IMG/VR virus record: IMGVR_UViG_3300029913_000012
Location: 8,322 to 72,321 of that record
Source of the DNA: a virus
Taxonomy: Duplodnaviria > Caudoviricetes
Reading direction: 5' to 3' (one strand)
DNA: 64,000 bases
In this document: one piece after another, positions 39,913-48,639 of the stretch
Numbering within the stretch: position 1 is the first letter of the stretch
How the letters are laid out: each line of letters starts with the position of its first letter
Program-made: the position numbers and the translations under genes
The notes under the pieces: model-generated
Seen by the model: only the letters and a program-made list of their open reading frames with translations
Databases searched by the model: none
What the model was told of the DNA's origin: nothing

Positions 39913-40436
39913 TTTATTATTCCATATTTTTTCAAATCATCTTCTGAAATTATTATAAACTTCAAACTATGTCTATCACACCAATCTTTTGTGAAATGCC
40001 ATTTATGAATATTTTTCTTATATGCTGTTAAAGAATATTGATACGTTTCTAGTGTTTTTAATGTTTCTCTTTGTGGTTGTTTAGGTGGTTCTGTTTCGTG
40101 CTTTGGCTTAATTTCAATCACAAATCTATCATATCTTTCTGGATCATTATTATCTATCATTTCTATATAAAAATCTGGATAATAACGATGAGTTTCTATA
40201 ATACCTAAACTATTTTTTATTTGATATGGAATTTCTAAACTCTCTGAACTCCATTTTAAAACTCTATCATTCAAATCACAAAATCTACAAAATCCTAATT
40301 CCCATGAACTAAAATATTTTATTGGCATAATTCCAATGTATTTTTCTTCATTTTCAATATTATAAAGACCTTGAATATATTTGTTTTTCCCTTTCTTGGT
40401 CCTGCGATTCCCAAATGATGCGTTATTTGCTCCCAT
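39909..40436 (-). CDS. gp4: Head completion nuclease (T4 gp4-like)
   Basis: KYIG, SSWE..F...CD, WSSE...IPY, HRYYPDF, IEIKP, N..KW. Confidence 0.9.
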   Translation of the reverse strand: MGANNASFGNRRTKKGKNKYIQGLYNIENEEKYIGIMPIKYFSSWELGFCRFCDLNDRVLKWSSESLEIPYQIKNSLGIIETHRYYPDFYIEMIDNNDPERYDRFVIEIKPKHETEPPKQPQRETLKTLETYQYSLTAYKKNIHKWHFTKDWCDRHSLKFIIISEDDLKKYGIIK

Positions 40437-40439
40437 AAT

Positions 40440-40703
40440 TTAATATCTATTTCTTAATGCATTCAAATTAGGAGGATCTTGAACAAGTTTAGTGTTATCT
40501 GTTACATTAATATAATTTCTACCGCCGTTTGCTTGTGCAACATCATATAATGTTGGAAATTTATTATATGCTCCAGTCTGAATATCTTGGAATTGAATAT
40601 CTCTAACTAACATTATAAATTCTTCATCTCCTCTATATGAATTTGAGGGTCCTGGAGTTGAATTAATTAATCCGTCATTTCTGACCCAATCTCTTAGTGC
40701 CAT
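40440..40703 (-). CDS. Hypothetical protein (likely start MALRDW at 40703)
   Basis: Internal ATG avoids overlap with the sigma gene. Confidence 0.55.
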   Translation of the reverse strand: MALRDWVRNDGLINSTPGPSNSYRGDEEFIMLVRDIQFQDIQTGAYNKFPTLYDVAQANGGRNYINVTDNTKLVQDPPNLNALRNRY

Positions 40704-40731
40704 ATTGTATATATTATTTTTTAAATATTTT

Positions 40732-41106
40732 TTAAATATTATGAAGACCTTTGCCATCATTTGCACTACTTAAACTTATCATTTTAGGCATGTCTTGATT
40801 GTTTTTCTTCTGATAAATTACATTTAAACCACCTGCTATTCCACGCTTGCAAATCTCCGAAAAATATGGAAACGCTGATGAATATTTTTTTTCATTAAAT
40901 AAATTCCAGTTTAGCAGCATCATCATTATGCCCTGCTGCATACAATCATATTTATCATCTGAAGTTTTATACTTTCTTTCAAATTTTTTGATCATTTCTT
41001 CTCCTATTAGTATAATCATATTTTCAGCTTTTCTAGTTAATTTTCCTTTGCCTTTGCTAATTAAAACCTCATAATAGAAATCCGTATCATTAATGTATCT
41101 TGCCAT
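40732..41106 (-). CDS. gp55: Late transcription sigma factor (gp55-like)
   Basis: YIN..DFY, DC.Q.G....L.NW..FNEKK..SAFPYFSEI resembles gp55 FDP.K..NPFAYFT. Confidence 0.8.
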   Translation of the reverse strand: MARYINDTDFYYEVLISKGKGKLTRKAENMIILIGEEMIKKFERKYKTSDDKYDCMQQGIMMMLLNWNLFNEKKYSSAFPYFSEICKRGIAGGLNVIYQKKNNQDMPKMISLSSANDGKGLHNI

Positions 41107-41116
41107 TCATATTTAA

Positions 41117-42178
41117 TTATTTTTTATTGAATATTTCATCAATCCATTTTCTTTTTCTTGCAAATTCATACATATTATGATTTTTTATTGCAAATGCTGT
41201 TATGTTTTTATATTTTTTTGCTTCATTTTTACATTCTTCTATGGTCCAAGTATGCCTTAATGGTATCATATGTGAACAAATTTCATCTGTCCATTTATAC
41301 CTATTAGAACATTGCCACATACTATTATTATTTTTTTTAAATTCATTTCTACTATTATATTTTAATGCTTCTATTTTGCAATCATCTTTACTATAACTAT
41401 TATGCTTCAGTGTCATATGAGAACAAATTTCATCTAGCCAATTATGTTTTTGTGCAAATCCCCATATAATACGATTATTTTTTGAAAATTCTCCCCTATG
41501 ATTATATTTTAATGCTTCATTTTTACAATCATCTTTAGTCCAATTAATATGTAATGCTATCATATGAGAACAAATTTCATCTAGCCAACCATATTTTCTA
41601 GCAGAATTATAAGCTGAACTTTCGTTTGTTATAAAATCAATTTTTGTATTATATTTATTAGCTACATTTTGACATTCATATTTATTCCATTTTAGATTAT
41701 TTGCACCTACACCTCCAGTTTTAGCAATATTTAAACATATATATCCATCATCTTCTGATTTGCATTTCCAATATTCTTCTTGTATTTTAGCTTCTGTGAT
41801 TGGTATATAATCAGTTAATTTTTCAATATTAATAGGTAATAATTTTATTTTGTATATATAAGAATATACTGTACCTTTTTTATTTAAATGCTCATATATT
41901 CTTCTATCAAAATCATTAGTTAATCCAACATAACAAACATTATCTGGAAATATAATTCTATAAATTAATCTGTTATATTTATTTCCTAATGGTATCATAT
42001 GAGAACAAATTTCATCTATCCATTTATTTCTAAGTGATGCTTGATATGAACCATATGATTGTTTTATAAAATCTTTTTTATAAATATATTTTAATGCTTC
42101 GTTCTTACATTCTTCCTTTGTCCATATTAAATTTGCCGGTTTTGGTGTTGATAAATTTGCAGGTTTTGGTCTTGACAT
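41117..42178 (-). CDS. GIY-YIG homing endonuclease with WT.E.C..EA.KY repeats
   Basis: LIYRI...CYVGLT..F.RR..EH, E..W, LN...GG. Confidence 0.8.
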   Translation of the reverse strand: MSRPKPANLSTPKPANLIWTKEECKNEALKYIYKKDFIKQSYGSYQASLRNKWIDEICSHMIPLGNKYNRLIYRIIFPDNVCYVGLTNDFDRRIYEHLNKKGTVYSYIYKIKLLPINIEKLTDYIPITEAKIQEEYWKCKSEDDGYICLNIAKTGGVGANNLKWNKYECQNVANKYNTKIDFITNESSAYNSARKYGWLDEICSHMIALHINWTKDDCKNEALKYNHRGEFSKNNRIIWGFAQKHNWLDEICSHMTLKHNSYSKDDCKIEALKYNSRNEFKKNNNSMWQCSNRYKWTDEICSHMIPLRHTWTIEECKNEAKKYKNITAFAIKNHNMYEFARKRKWIDEIFNKK

Positions 42179-42286
42179 ATTATTTAATTATTTTCACTTT
42201 TAATTATATTCTATATATAAGTTAAATTTTATAGGTTTCTAATAATGAAAAGTTTAATAAAAGTTTAATAAATTTGAATATTTATT

Positions 42287-42320
42287 AAAAAAGATATCAC
42301 AAATTGTGATATCTTTTTTT
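42287..42320. terminator. Intrinsic terminator
   Basis: AAAAAAGATATCACAA-A-TTGTGATATCTTTTTT. Confidence 0.8.
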
Positions 42321-42340
42321 AATTTGCTCATTTACAATAA

Positions 42341-43627
42341 TTATATAATCATTCTTTTTGCTTTAACTTTATCATCAGTAACAGATTTCAAATTTTCATA
42401 CAATTCATGTTTAGATACTAATAATTGATTAAATGTTTCTTTCAATGCTTTATCTTCATTTACTAATACTTCATTTTCTTTTAATAATTCTAAGCCTTTA
42501 TCGATTTCTTTAATTGATTCTTTTATTTCCATTTCTTTATCTTCTAATGTTCTTAAATGTTTAACTTCTTTTGAAAGTTTATTTTCTAAGAATCCTGTCA
42601 AATCATAATCTAGTTCTCTTTGAACATCGTTAATTAAATCATTTGGTGAATTATATTCATAGAAAGCTGATCCTGTTCTAGCGTCATTATTATATGTATA
42701 TAATTTATCTTTATAATTTATAACATAAGATTCTAATTGTGGATGTAGTACATTTTCTACTTTTAATGCTATATCTAGGTCAACAAATTTATCCAAATTT
42801 TGAGCTGTTGTAGTTGATAATACATAAAAATCTTTTTTCAACCAAGGAATAATTTTAGAATTAAATAAATTTTCTAATGTAGTTTCTTTATCTAATTTTT
42901 CTTCATTTAAGAATACGTCTTTATCAGATTTTGTTGAAATGCTTAAAACTAAATTTTCATCTAATCTAAATGATATTTTATCTTCTTTGATATCTCCAAT
43001 TGTCATAACTTTCTCTAAAATTCTAAATTCTCTAATTTTTTCGATGTCTGTGATATGATTTTCTAAAAGTGTTTGTTTAATATCATCTTGTCCTATTAAA
43101 AACCAACGATCTTTCATAAATACCAAATTTCCATCATTTGTTTTTTCTACTAATGTAAATACCTTTGAAGCTTTACCTGAGTTTACTAAATTTTGTCTTT
43201 GAATAGGATTATTCATATAACCAGATAAAAACATTTTAACTTCAGGAATCCAATCATGAATAACCAATTCATTTAATATTGTACTCATTTTTGAATCATT
43301 ATCTTGAATATTTATAATATTAAGAATTGAGTTTAATGCTGGACGATACATTTGTCCATAATTTTTTCTTTCAATTTTTTTATATAAATCTTTCAAGTTG
43401 TAATTTATAGGTTCACTTTTAATTTCATCTTGTAAAGATTCAACTAATTTTTTAACTTTAGTGTCCCAAGCATATCCTGCTAAAGTTTCTTTTAAAGAAC
43501 TTACAAGTTCTTTTTCAGAATAACTATCATAATTGCTGATGTATCTTTCAACAATCATATTTAATTCATAATCTTCAATAGGTAATTCCTTTTTGAAATT
43601 GAATAAATCATACTTTAAATTTTTCAT
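42341..43627 (-). CDS. Putative head core/structural protein with C-terminal coiled coil
   Basis: 428 aa, many L/I-x-E sites; downstream of the third copy of the head-gene promoter motif. Confidence 0.5.
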   Translation of the reverse strand: MKNLKYDLFNFKKELPIEDYELNMIVERYISNYDSYSEKELVSSLKETLAGYAWDTKVKKLVESLQDEIKSEPINYNLKDLYKKIERKNYGQMYRPALNSILNIINIQDNDSKMSTILNELVIHDWIPEVKMFLSGYMNNPIQRQNLVNSGKASKVFTLVEKTNDGNLVFMKDRWFLIGQDDIKQTLLENHITDIEKIREFRILEKVMTIGDIKEDKISFRLDENLVLSISTKSDKDVFLNEEKLDKETTLENLFNSKIIPWLKKDFYVLSTTTAQNLDKFVDLDIALKVENVLHPQLESYVINYKDKLYTYNNDARTGSAFYEYNSPNDLINDVQRELDYDLTGFLENKLSKEVKHLRTLEDKEMEIKESIKEIDKGLELLKENEVLVNEDKALKETFNQLLVSKHELYENLKSVTDDKVKAKRMII

Positions 43628-43655
43628 ATTTTTATTTTTTATTTTTTATTTTTTA

Positions 43656-43868
43656 TTAATATCTTTCTTCAATCTGTGCTCCAAACTCATTAATTAATTT
43701 TTTAGCGTCGGATTCCTTTAATTGAACACCATCGGCATAGTATTCATCTCCAGATAATGAAATCAATTTTATCAAAAGTCTATATATTCCAGACTTCCAA
43801 TGCAAAATTGTCAAATTTGCATTACAATTATTATTATTGTAATTTTCGAACTTTTTTAATTTATTCAT
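43656..43868 (-). CDS. CTS-leader protein
   Basis: MNKLKKFENY. Confidence 0.6.
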   Translation of the reverse strand: MNKLKKFENYNNNNCNANLTILHWKSGIYRLLIKLISLSGDEYYADGVQLKESDAKKLINEFGAQIEERY

Positions 43869-43930
43869 GTTTTTAATTTATTATGTTTTTATGTTGCATC
43901 TTTTAATGATTTTTATATGTTTTCTGAGAT

Positions 43931-43959
43931 TATATATTAATTAAAAAAACTCATTTTTT
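43931..43959 (-). promoter_or_regulatory. Extended head-gene promoter motif (copy 3)
   Basis: TATATATT-AA-TTAAAAAA-AC-TCATTTTTT. Confidence 0.65.
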
Positions 43960-44015
43960 GACAAAAATAAATTTAAATTATTTTATTTATATATAATAAA
44001 AAATAAATAATTTTT

Positions 44016-44228
44016 ATGAAATTTATAAAGACATATGAAGATTATTCAAATTTGAATATATCTCTTGATGGTAAATCTAAAATGAAAATAAAAATTGGAG
44101 ATGATATATTATCTGGTAGATTTAAAAATAAGAAAATAAAAGTTAGTTCTATAAATGTAAATAAAAAAGGGGATATAACTATTAATAATAAGCCTTTTAT
44201 AAAAATGAGAACTATAAAAAAATCATAA
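44016..44228 (+). CDS. CTS-leader small basic protein
   Basis: MKFIKTYEDY...IKIGDDILSGRFKNKKIKV. Confidence 0.65.
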   Translation: MKFIKTYEDYSNLNISLDGKSKMKIKIGDDILSGRFKNKKIKVSSINVNKKGDITINNKPFIKMRTIKKS

Positions 44229-44249
44229 CTTATAAGTTATGATTTTTTA
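44216..44249. terminator. Bidirectional terminator
   Basis: AAAAAAATCATAACTTATAAGTTATGATTTTTT palindrome between convergent genes. Confidence 0.7.
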
Positions 44250-44251
44250 TT

Positions 44252-45085
44252 TTACTCCATATTATTTATTTCATTGTCTCTATTATCTTCTTTTTCTTTA
44301 ATTATTTCATCTTTTGTTCTATTATCAAGCAAATTATTATACCAATATGCTCTTTTTAATTCATTTTTAGATTTACTATCTTCAGTAGGTTTATCAACAC
44401 CAAGAAAAGTCCAATCTATTGAATCATCATTATCACATATTTCGTAATCATCGGTATTAACAGTAAACACAGGATAATACGTTATAACTTCTAATGTAAA
44501 TTTCATATTTATTGTATCATCAGATGCTAAATTTATATCTCTTGGAATATCAATTCCTCCGTCAGATGGTAATTTAAAAAAAGAATCGATTTTAAGTCCA
44601 AAATAACTTATACTAAAAAATCTATAATTATATAATGTATCTAATAATTTAGTATAACAAATATCAGCTTCTAATTCAGTATCTAATCTAATATTAATCT
44701 CATAGCTAAGAGAAATTGGAACTGCTTTTGTACGACTTATAACGCTTCTAAATTTATCATTAATTTTACTCTCTTTAGATAAATATTGATTAGGATTTGC
44801 AAATTCATCATCTCTTTGTGAACCTCCCTTAAATATTATTGTACCTCTTTGTTTTTGATCTGTATTTAATTCAACTCTTGTTGTAGTGACATCATCTACA
44901 AATGCATCTATCATAAATCTTTCTTGACCTGCAAATGATGTATAAAATGGTATCAACACTCTTATTTTTCTACCATCACTATAATGATTTATCCATCTTA
45001 TTTTAGTACCTAATGCCTTTGCCAATGCAACAGTAGACATTCTTACAAAATTATCATCATAATTGTATGTATTATCTATATTCAT
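44252..45085 (-). CDS. Tail sheath stabilizer/completion protein (gp15-like)
   Basis: IPFY....ERF, AVPISLSYEINI....EAD..YTKLL, F.LEV.TYYP. Confidence 0.7.
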   Translation of the reverse strand: MNIDNTYNYDDNFVRMSTVALAKALGTKIRWINHYSDGRKIRVLIPFYTSFAGQERFMIDAFVDDVTTTRVELNTDQKQRGTIIFKGGSQRDDEFANPNQYLSKESKINDKFRSVISRTKAVPISLSYEINIRLDTELEADICYTKLLDTLYNYRFFSISYFGLKIDSFFKLPSDGGIDIPRDINLASDDTINMKFTLEVITYYPVFTVNTDDYEICDNDDSIDWTFLGVDKPTEDSKSKNELKRAYWYNNLLDNRTKDEIIKEKEDNRDNEINNME

Positions 45086-45205
45086 GTATAATTTTATTTT
45101 TATTCCATATATATAAAAATAATTAGTATTTAAATAAACAATTTATTATTTTATCAATAATAATTTTATTAAAATATAAAATAATTCAAATGATATATTT
45201 TTTTC

Positions 45206-45233
45206 AAACATTCTGAATATTTAATTCTATAAT
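45206..45233 (+). promoter_or_regulatory. AAAC-N18-TATAAT promoter of clamp loader operon
   Basis: AAAC attctgaatatttaattc TATAAT. Confidence 0.65.
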
Positions 45234-45259
45234 ATTCATAAATTATAAATTATAAATAT

Positions 45260-46201
45260 ATGAAAAATGATATGTTCTGGTATAAATACCAACCTAAAAG
45301 CTTAAAAACAATTATATTATTACCAAGAGTTAGAAAATTGATTGAGAATGGTTTAATCGCTAATATGATATTTTATAGTGATACTCCAGGAACAGGAAAA
45401 ACCACATTAGCCAGAATATTATGTAAAGAAACAGATAATATTGAATTTAATGCATCAAAAGATACAAGTGTTAATATATTAAGAGATCAATTGCAAACTC
45501 ATTGTAAAAGTTTAAATCCTTTTATGAAAAATGCTCAAAAAACTATATTTTTAGATGAATTTGATGGTGTATCTACAGAATATAAAAAAGCAATGAAAGG
45601 TTTTTCAGATACATATCAGCATGTAAGATTTATACTTACTACTAATTATATTCAAGATATTGATGATAAAATATTATCAAGATTTATGAAAGTAGATTTT
45701 AATCCTAAAAATAAAGAGGAAGAAGAATATTTGCAAGTTATGTATCTTAAATATTTGAAAGCGATATCAGAAAAAAATAAAATGAATATTTCTGATGATG
45801 AAATAAAGAAAATAATCATGATTAGTTTTCCTGATTTAAGAAGTGCAACACAAAAATTACAAGAAGTATTTATTACTAAAAATACAGATCAATTTAAATC
45901 AATAAGTTCTTCTAGTTATGATGCAATTTTTGAATTTATGCTTGATGGTAGAAATAATATTGAAGATAACTATAATTTTGTTCTAAATAATTTTCAAGAT
46001 AATCCATTAGAATTAATGAAAGCTCTTGGTAGACCTCTTTTTAATAGATTAATGTTAATTGACAATTCAAATATTATAAAAATTGGAGCATCACTTATAA
46101 ATGTTCAACGATCTTATAATGAAAGATATACAGAGACAATTGATCCTATTATTCATTTAATATCTTATGTAACTGACATAAAAACGAATTTAAAGATTTA
46201 A
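45260..46201 (+). CDS. gp44: Sliding clamp loader ATPase subunit (gp44/RFC-like)
   Basis: W.KYQPK, PGTGKTT Walker A, FNAS, LDEFD Walker B, RFILTTN, SRF, FPDLR. Confidence 0.92.
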   Translation: MKNDMFWYKYQPKSLKTIILLPRVRKLIENGLIANMIFYSDTPGTGKTTLARILCKETDNIEFNASKDTSVNILRDQLQTHCKSLNPFMKNAQKTIFLDEFDGVSTEYKKAMKGFSDTYQHVRFILTTNYIQDIDDKILSRFMKVDFNPKNKEEEEYLQVMYLKYLKAISEKNKMNISDDEIKKIIMISFPDLRSATQKLQEVFITKNTDQFKSISSSSYDAIFEFMLDGRNNIEDNYNFVLNNFQDNPLELMKALGRPLFNRLMLIDNSNIIKIGASLINVQRSYNERYTETIDPIIHLISYVTDIKTNLKI

Positions 46202-46203
46202 CA

Positions 46204-46662
46204 ATGCCAAACTTTTTATATAGAATTAATGATATTTCATCTAAATATTATATAATTAATAATGAATATATAATAGAATCTAAATACTCATTAGATAATG
46301 AGTCATTAAAATCTTTGAATAACATAAAAAATAATATAATAAATAATGATGCTTATATTTATGGTGAAGTAGTAACTAAAGATGATATTGATCATCAAAT
46401 TAATTTACTTAATATATCTCATATTATTAAAGATATTGATATTAATTTATGTCATATTAGAAAATTGAAATTGAAAAAGTTAAAAGGAGAAGAAATAAAA
46501 GAATTATATAATGTTATTATTAAAATTATAATTTTAGATACAAATAACGGTAAATTTATTAAATCATTAATGATTGAAAATATTAAAATTAAAACTTATC
46601 TTAGTTGTTTGAAAGATGATATTAATAATATAAAAATAATAACAGAAAATATTAGTTATTAA
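46204..46662 (+). CDS. Degenerate prohead-protease paralog with inserted RKLKLKKLKGEE
   Basis: YIYGE...NISHII...IIILDTNNGKFIKSL aligns to gp21 VVYGE...RVSHTI...IRLLNTHWGKEAKAL; lacks the GE..HP His and SSR Ser. Confidence 0.65.
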   Translation: MPNFLYRINDISSKYYIINNEYIIESKYSLDNESLKSLNNIKNNIINNDAYIYGEVVTKDDIDHQINLLNISHIIKDIDINLCHIRKLKLKKLKGEEIKELYNVIIKIIILDTNNGKFIKSLMIENIKIKTYLSCLKDDINNIKIITENISY

Positions 46663-46676
46663 AAATAATAATTTAA

Positions 46677-47178
46677 ATGATAGAAAAAGAAAAAATAATA
46701 GAAAAATGGAGTTCAATAATGGGTAAATTGACTAATGAAAATATCACAGATTTATCATCAATGAGCAGTAAAAATATAAATTCTATTCAAGATGAGCTTA
46801 ATGCAAATGATTATAATAGAACTAATTTTAGTTCAATTACATTTCCTATTGCTCAAAGAATAATGTCTTACACACTTGCTGGAGGAGGAATGAGAAAATC
46901 AAAAAAAAAAACAATTAAAAGAAGATAGAATAAATAAACTTAAAGAACTTAAAGGAGAAGAACCTAATGTAGTATTACCAGATGATGAAGAATTTGATGG
47001 ATTAGTATCAGTTATGCCAATGTCTTCTCCATGCACATCTTTATTATACATGGATTTTGTATATGATTATTGGGATCCAATAAAAAAACTTAAAGATGAT
47101 AGAATATCTAAGTTAGATAAAATAAATATTTCATTTAGAAAAAGTAAATTAAAATATATAGAAAAAATAATAAAATAA
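46677..47178 (+). pseudogene. Truncated major-capsid paralog interrupted by a +1 shift in an A11 run
   Basis: Frame 1 IEKWSSIM...FPIAQRIMSYTLAG; after the A-run at 46901-46911 the shifted frame reads QLKEDRINKLKELKGEE...LVSVMPMSSPCTSLLYMDFVYD (12/22 identical to MCP LVAVKPASSPKVDMLFVDFKYD), stop at 47178. Confidence 0.75.
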
Positions 47179-47179
47179 T

Positions 47180-47464
47180 ATGGATGATATAAAAGCGTTT
47201 AAAGAAAAAGTTATTAATGACTATATTTATCATAATATAGATTTAACTCATGCTGGAGCCAAAGATATAAAATTTGGATTGAAAAGCGTATTAGGTGAAG
47301 AGCCTGCAATTAAATTTTTATATAAAGAGAATATGAAAATTAATGAAACCAGCGGAAAAGTTGAAAGATTACCAAATGAATTAGAATCAATTGAAGTATA
47401 TTATACATATATTGGTTCTGATAATATACCACATGCTAGTCATATGACATATATTGTCAACTAA
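47180..47464 (+). CDS. Hypothetical protein
   Basis: 94-aa ORF starting just after the 47178 stop. Confidence 0.65.
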   Translation: MDDIKAFKEKVINDYIYHNIDLTHAGAKDIKFGLKSVLGEEPAIKFLYKENMKINETSGKVERLPNELESIEVYYTYIGSDNIPHASHMTYIVN

Positions 47465-47510
47465 ATAATTAAAAAGTGTAATTATATTGTAATTCAATAT
47501 ATTACATTTT

Positions 47511-48410
47511 TTATTTTATCATATATTTACTATAATCAATATCTATATCTGGATATTCACAATTTTCAAAATTATAAGAAATTTTTAATAATTTTTCTAT
47601 TAATTTTTTATTTTTTTTTGTAATTATATTTAAATAATCTATAAAATTTTTTTCATAATCTATTTTAGTATTATTTAAAAATATAATACTAAAATCTTTA
47701 ATAATATCATTATAATTTGAATCATTTTTTAATTCTTTTAATACTAATTTAGAATTTATATTAGATAAAGATTCTATATCTTTATATATTTTTGTATTTT
47801 TTATAAAATCTATTGAATTTTCTATACCGTTTACATTATTTCTTTCTAATGACGAATTTAGCTGTTGAAGTCTGGCCCTAATTTCATGTGGCATAGATAA
47901 ATATATTATATGTGATATATCACTCCATATTTTAGATTTTTTATATTTTTCATTCATTTGATATAAACGTTCACCCATTTTCCAAGAATTTGAAAAATCA
48001 GAATTGTTCATATATGTTAAATATCTTTCCATAATATGTAGACATTCATGTTCAATTGTATCAATAATTATATTAGTGTTTGATATTTTTTTAGAAGTTA
48101 ATTCACTCTGAGTTAAAATTATTTCTAAATTTATTATCAATCCGATTATTTCATTTTCTTTAAATATTATACTATTAGGATTCATATTTCCATAATTTCT
48201 ATTTGATATTTTTATATTTATAATATCATCAGAAAATTTTATATCATCTGATAAAATTATAGAATTTTTTATCGATATATTTTTATACAATATCAATTTT
48301 CCAATATTGTAGTTTATTACATTTAATATAACTTTAGATAAATTTGTGGTCAATTTATTATAACTATTTCTTTCACATATAAAATTATCCCAATTTATAA
48401 TATTTAACAT
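47511..48410 (-). CDS. Zincin-like metallopeptidase with CTS-like leader
   Basis: MLNIINWDNFICE; IEHECLHIME, YLSMPHEIRAR; ends DIDYSKY like the paralog DIDYLKF. Confidence 0.7.
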   Translation of the reverse strand: MLNIINWDNFICERNSYNKLTTNLSKVILNVINYNIGKLILYKNISIKNSIILSDDIKFSDDIINIKISNRNYGNMNPNSIIFKENEIIGLIINLEIILTQSELTSKKISNTNIIIDTIEHECLHIMERYLTYMNNSDFSNSWKMGERLYQMNEKYKKSKIWSDISHIIYLSMPHEIRARLQQLNSSLERNNVNGIENSIDFIKNTKIYKDIESLSNINSKLVLKELKNDSNYNDIIKDFSIIFLNNTKIDYEKNFIDYLNIITKKNKKLIEKLLKISYNFENCEYPDIDIDYSKYMIK

Positions 48411-48454
48411 TTTAACTATTTTTTAATTTTTTAATAATTCAATTATCATTTTAT

Positions 48455-48572
48455 TTATATATTAACTTTTATCAGTTCTAAAAATTCATCATATTTTTTA
48501 TCAATAATAAATATAAAATTATAACCTTGCTATAATACAGACATTTTCTTTACTAAATTTAATTTTTCATAA
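48455..48572 (-). pseudogene. Remnant of a PD-(D/E)XK homing endonuclease C-terminus
   Basis: Reads KLNLVKKMSVL*QGYNFIFIIDKKYDEF, compare KNIAKQLACKEQGYNFIFIVNKNYEIF in 25395..27377. Confidence 0.55.
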
Positions 48573-48592
48573 ATAATTAAATATCATTTTTT

Positions 48593-48620
48593 AAACAAAT
48601 ACTTATAAAATGAATATATA
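48593..48620 (+). promoter_or_regulatory. AAAC-N18-TATATA promoter
   Basis: Exact 18-nt spacer upstream of rnh. Confidence 0.6.
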
Positions 48621-48639
48621 AGATAAAATAAATAAAAAT

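Noticed and set aside
39909-40436. TnsA-like nuclease suggesting a Tn7 element
   Set aside because: Motifs and position beside gp2 and portal fit the T4 gp4 head completion protein; no tnsB/C
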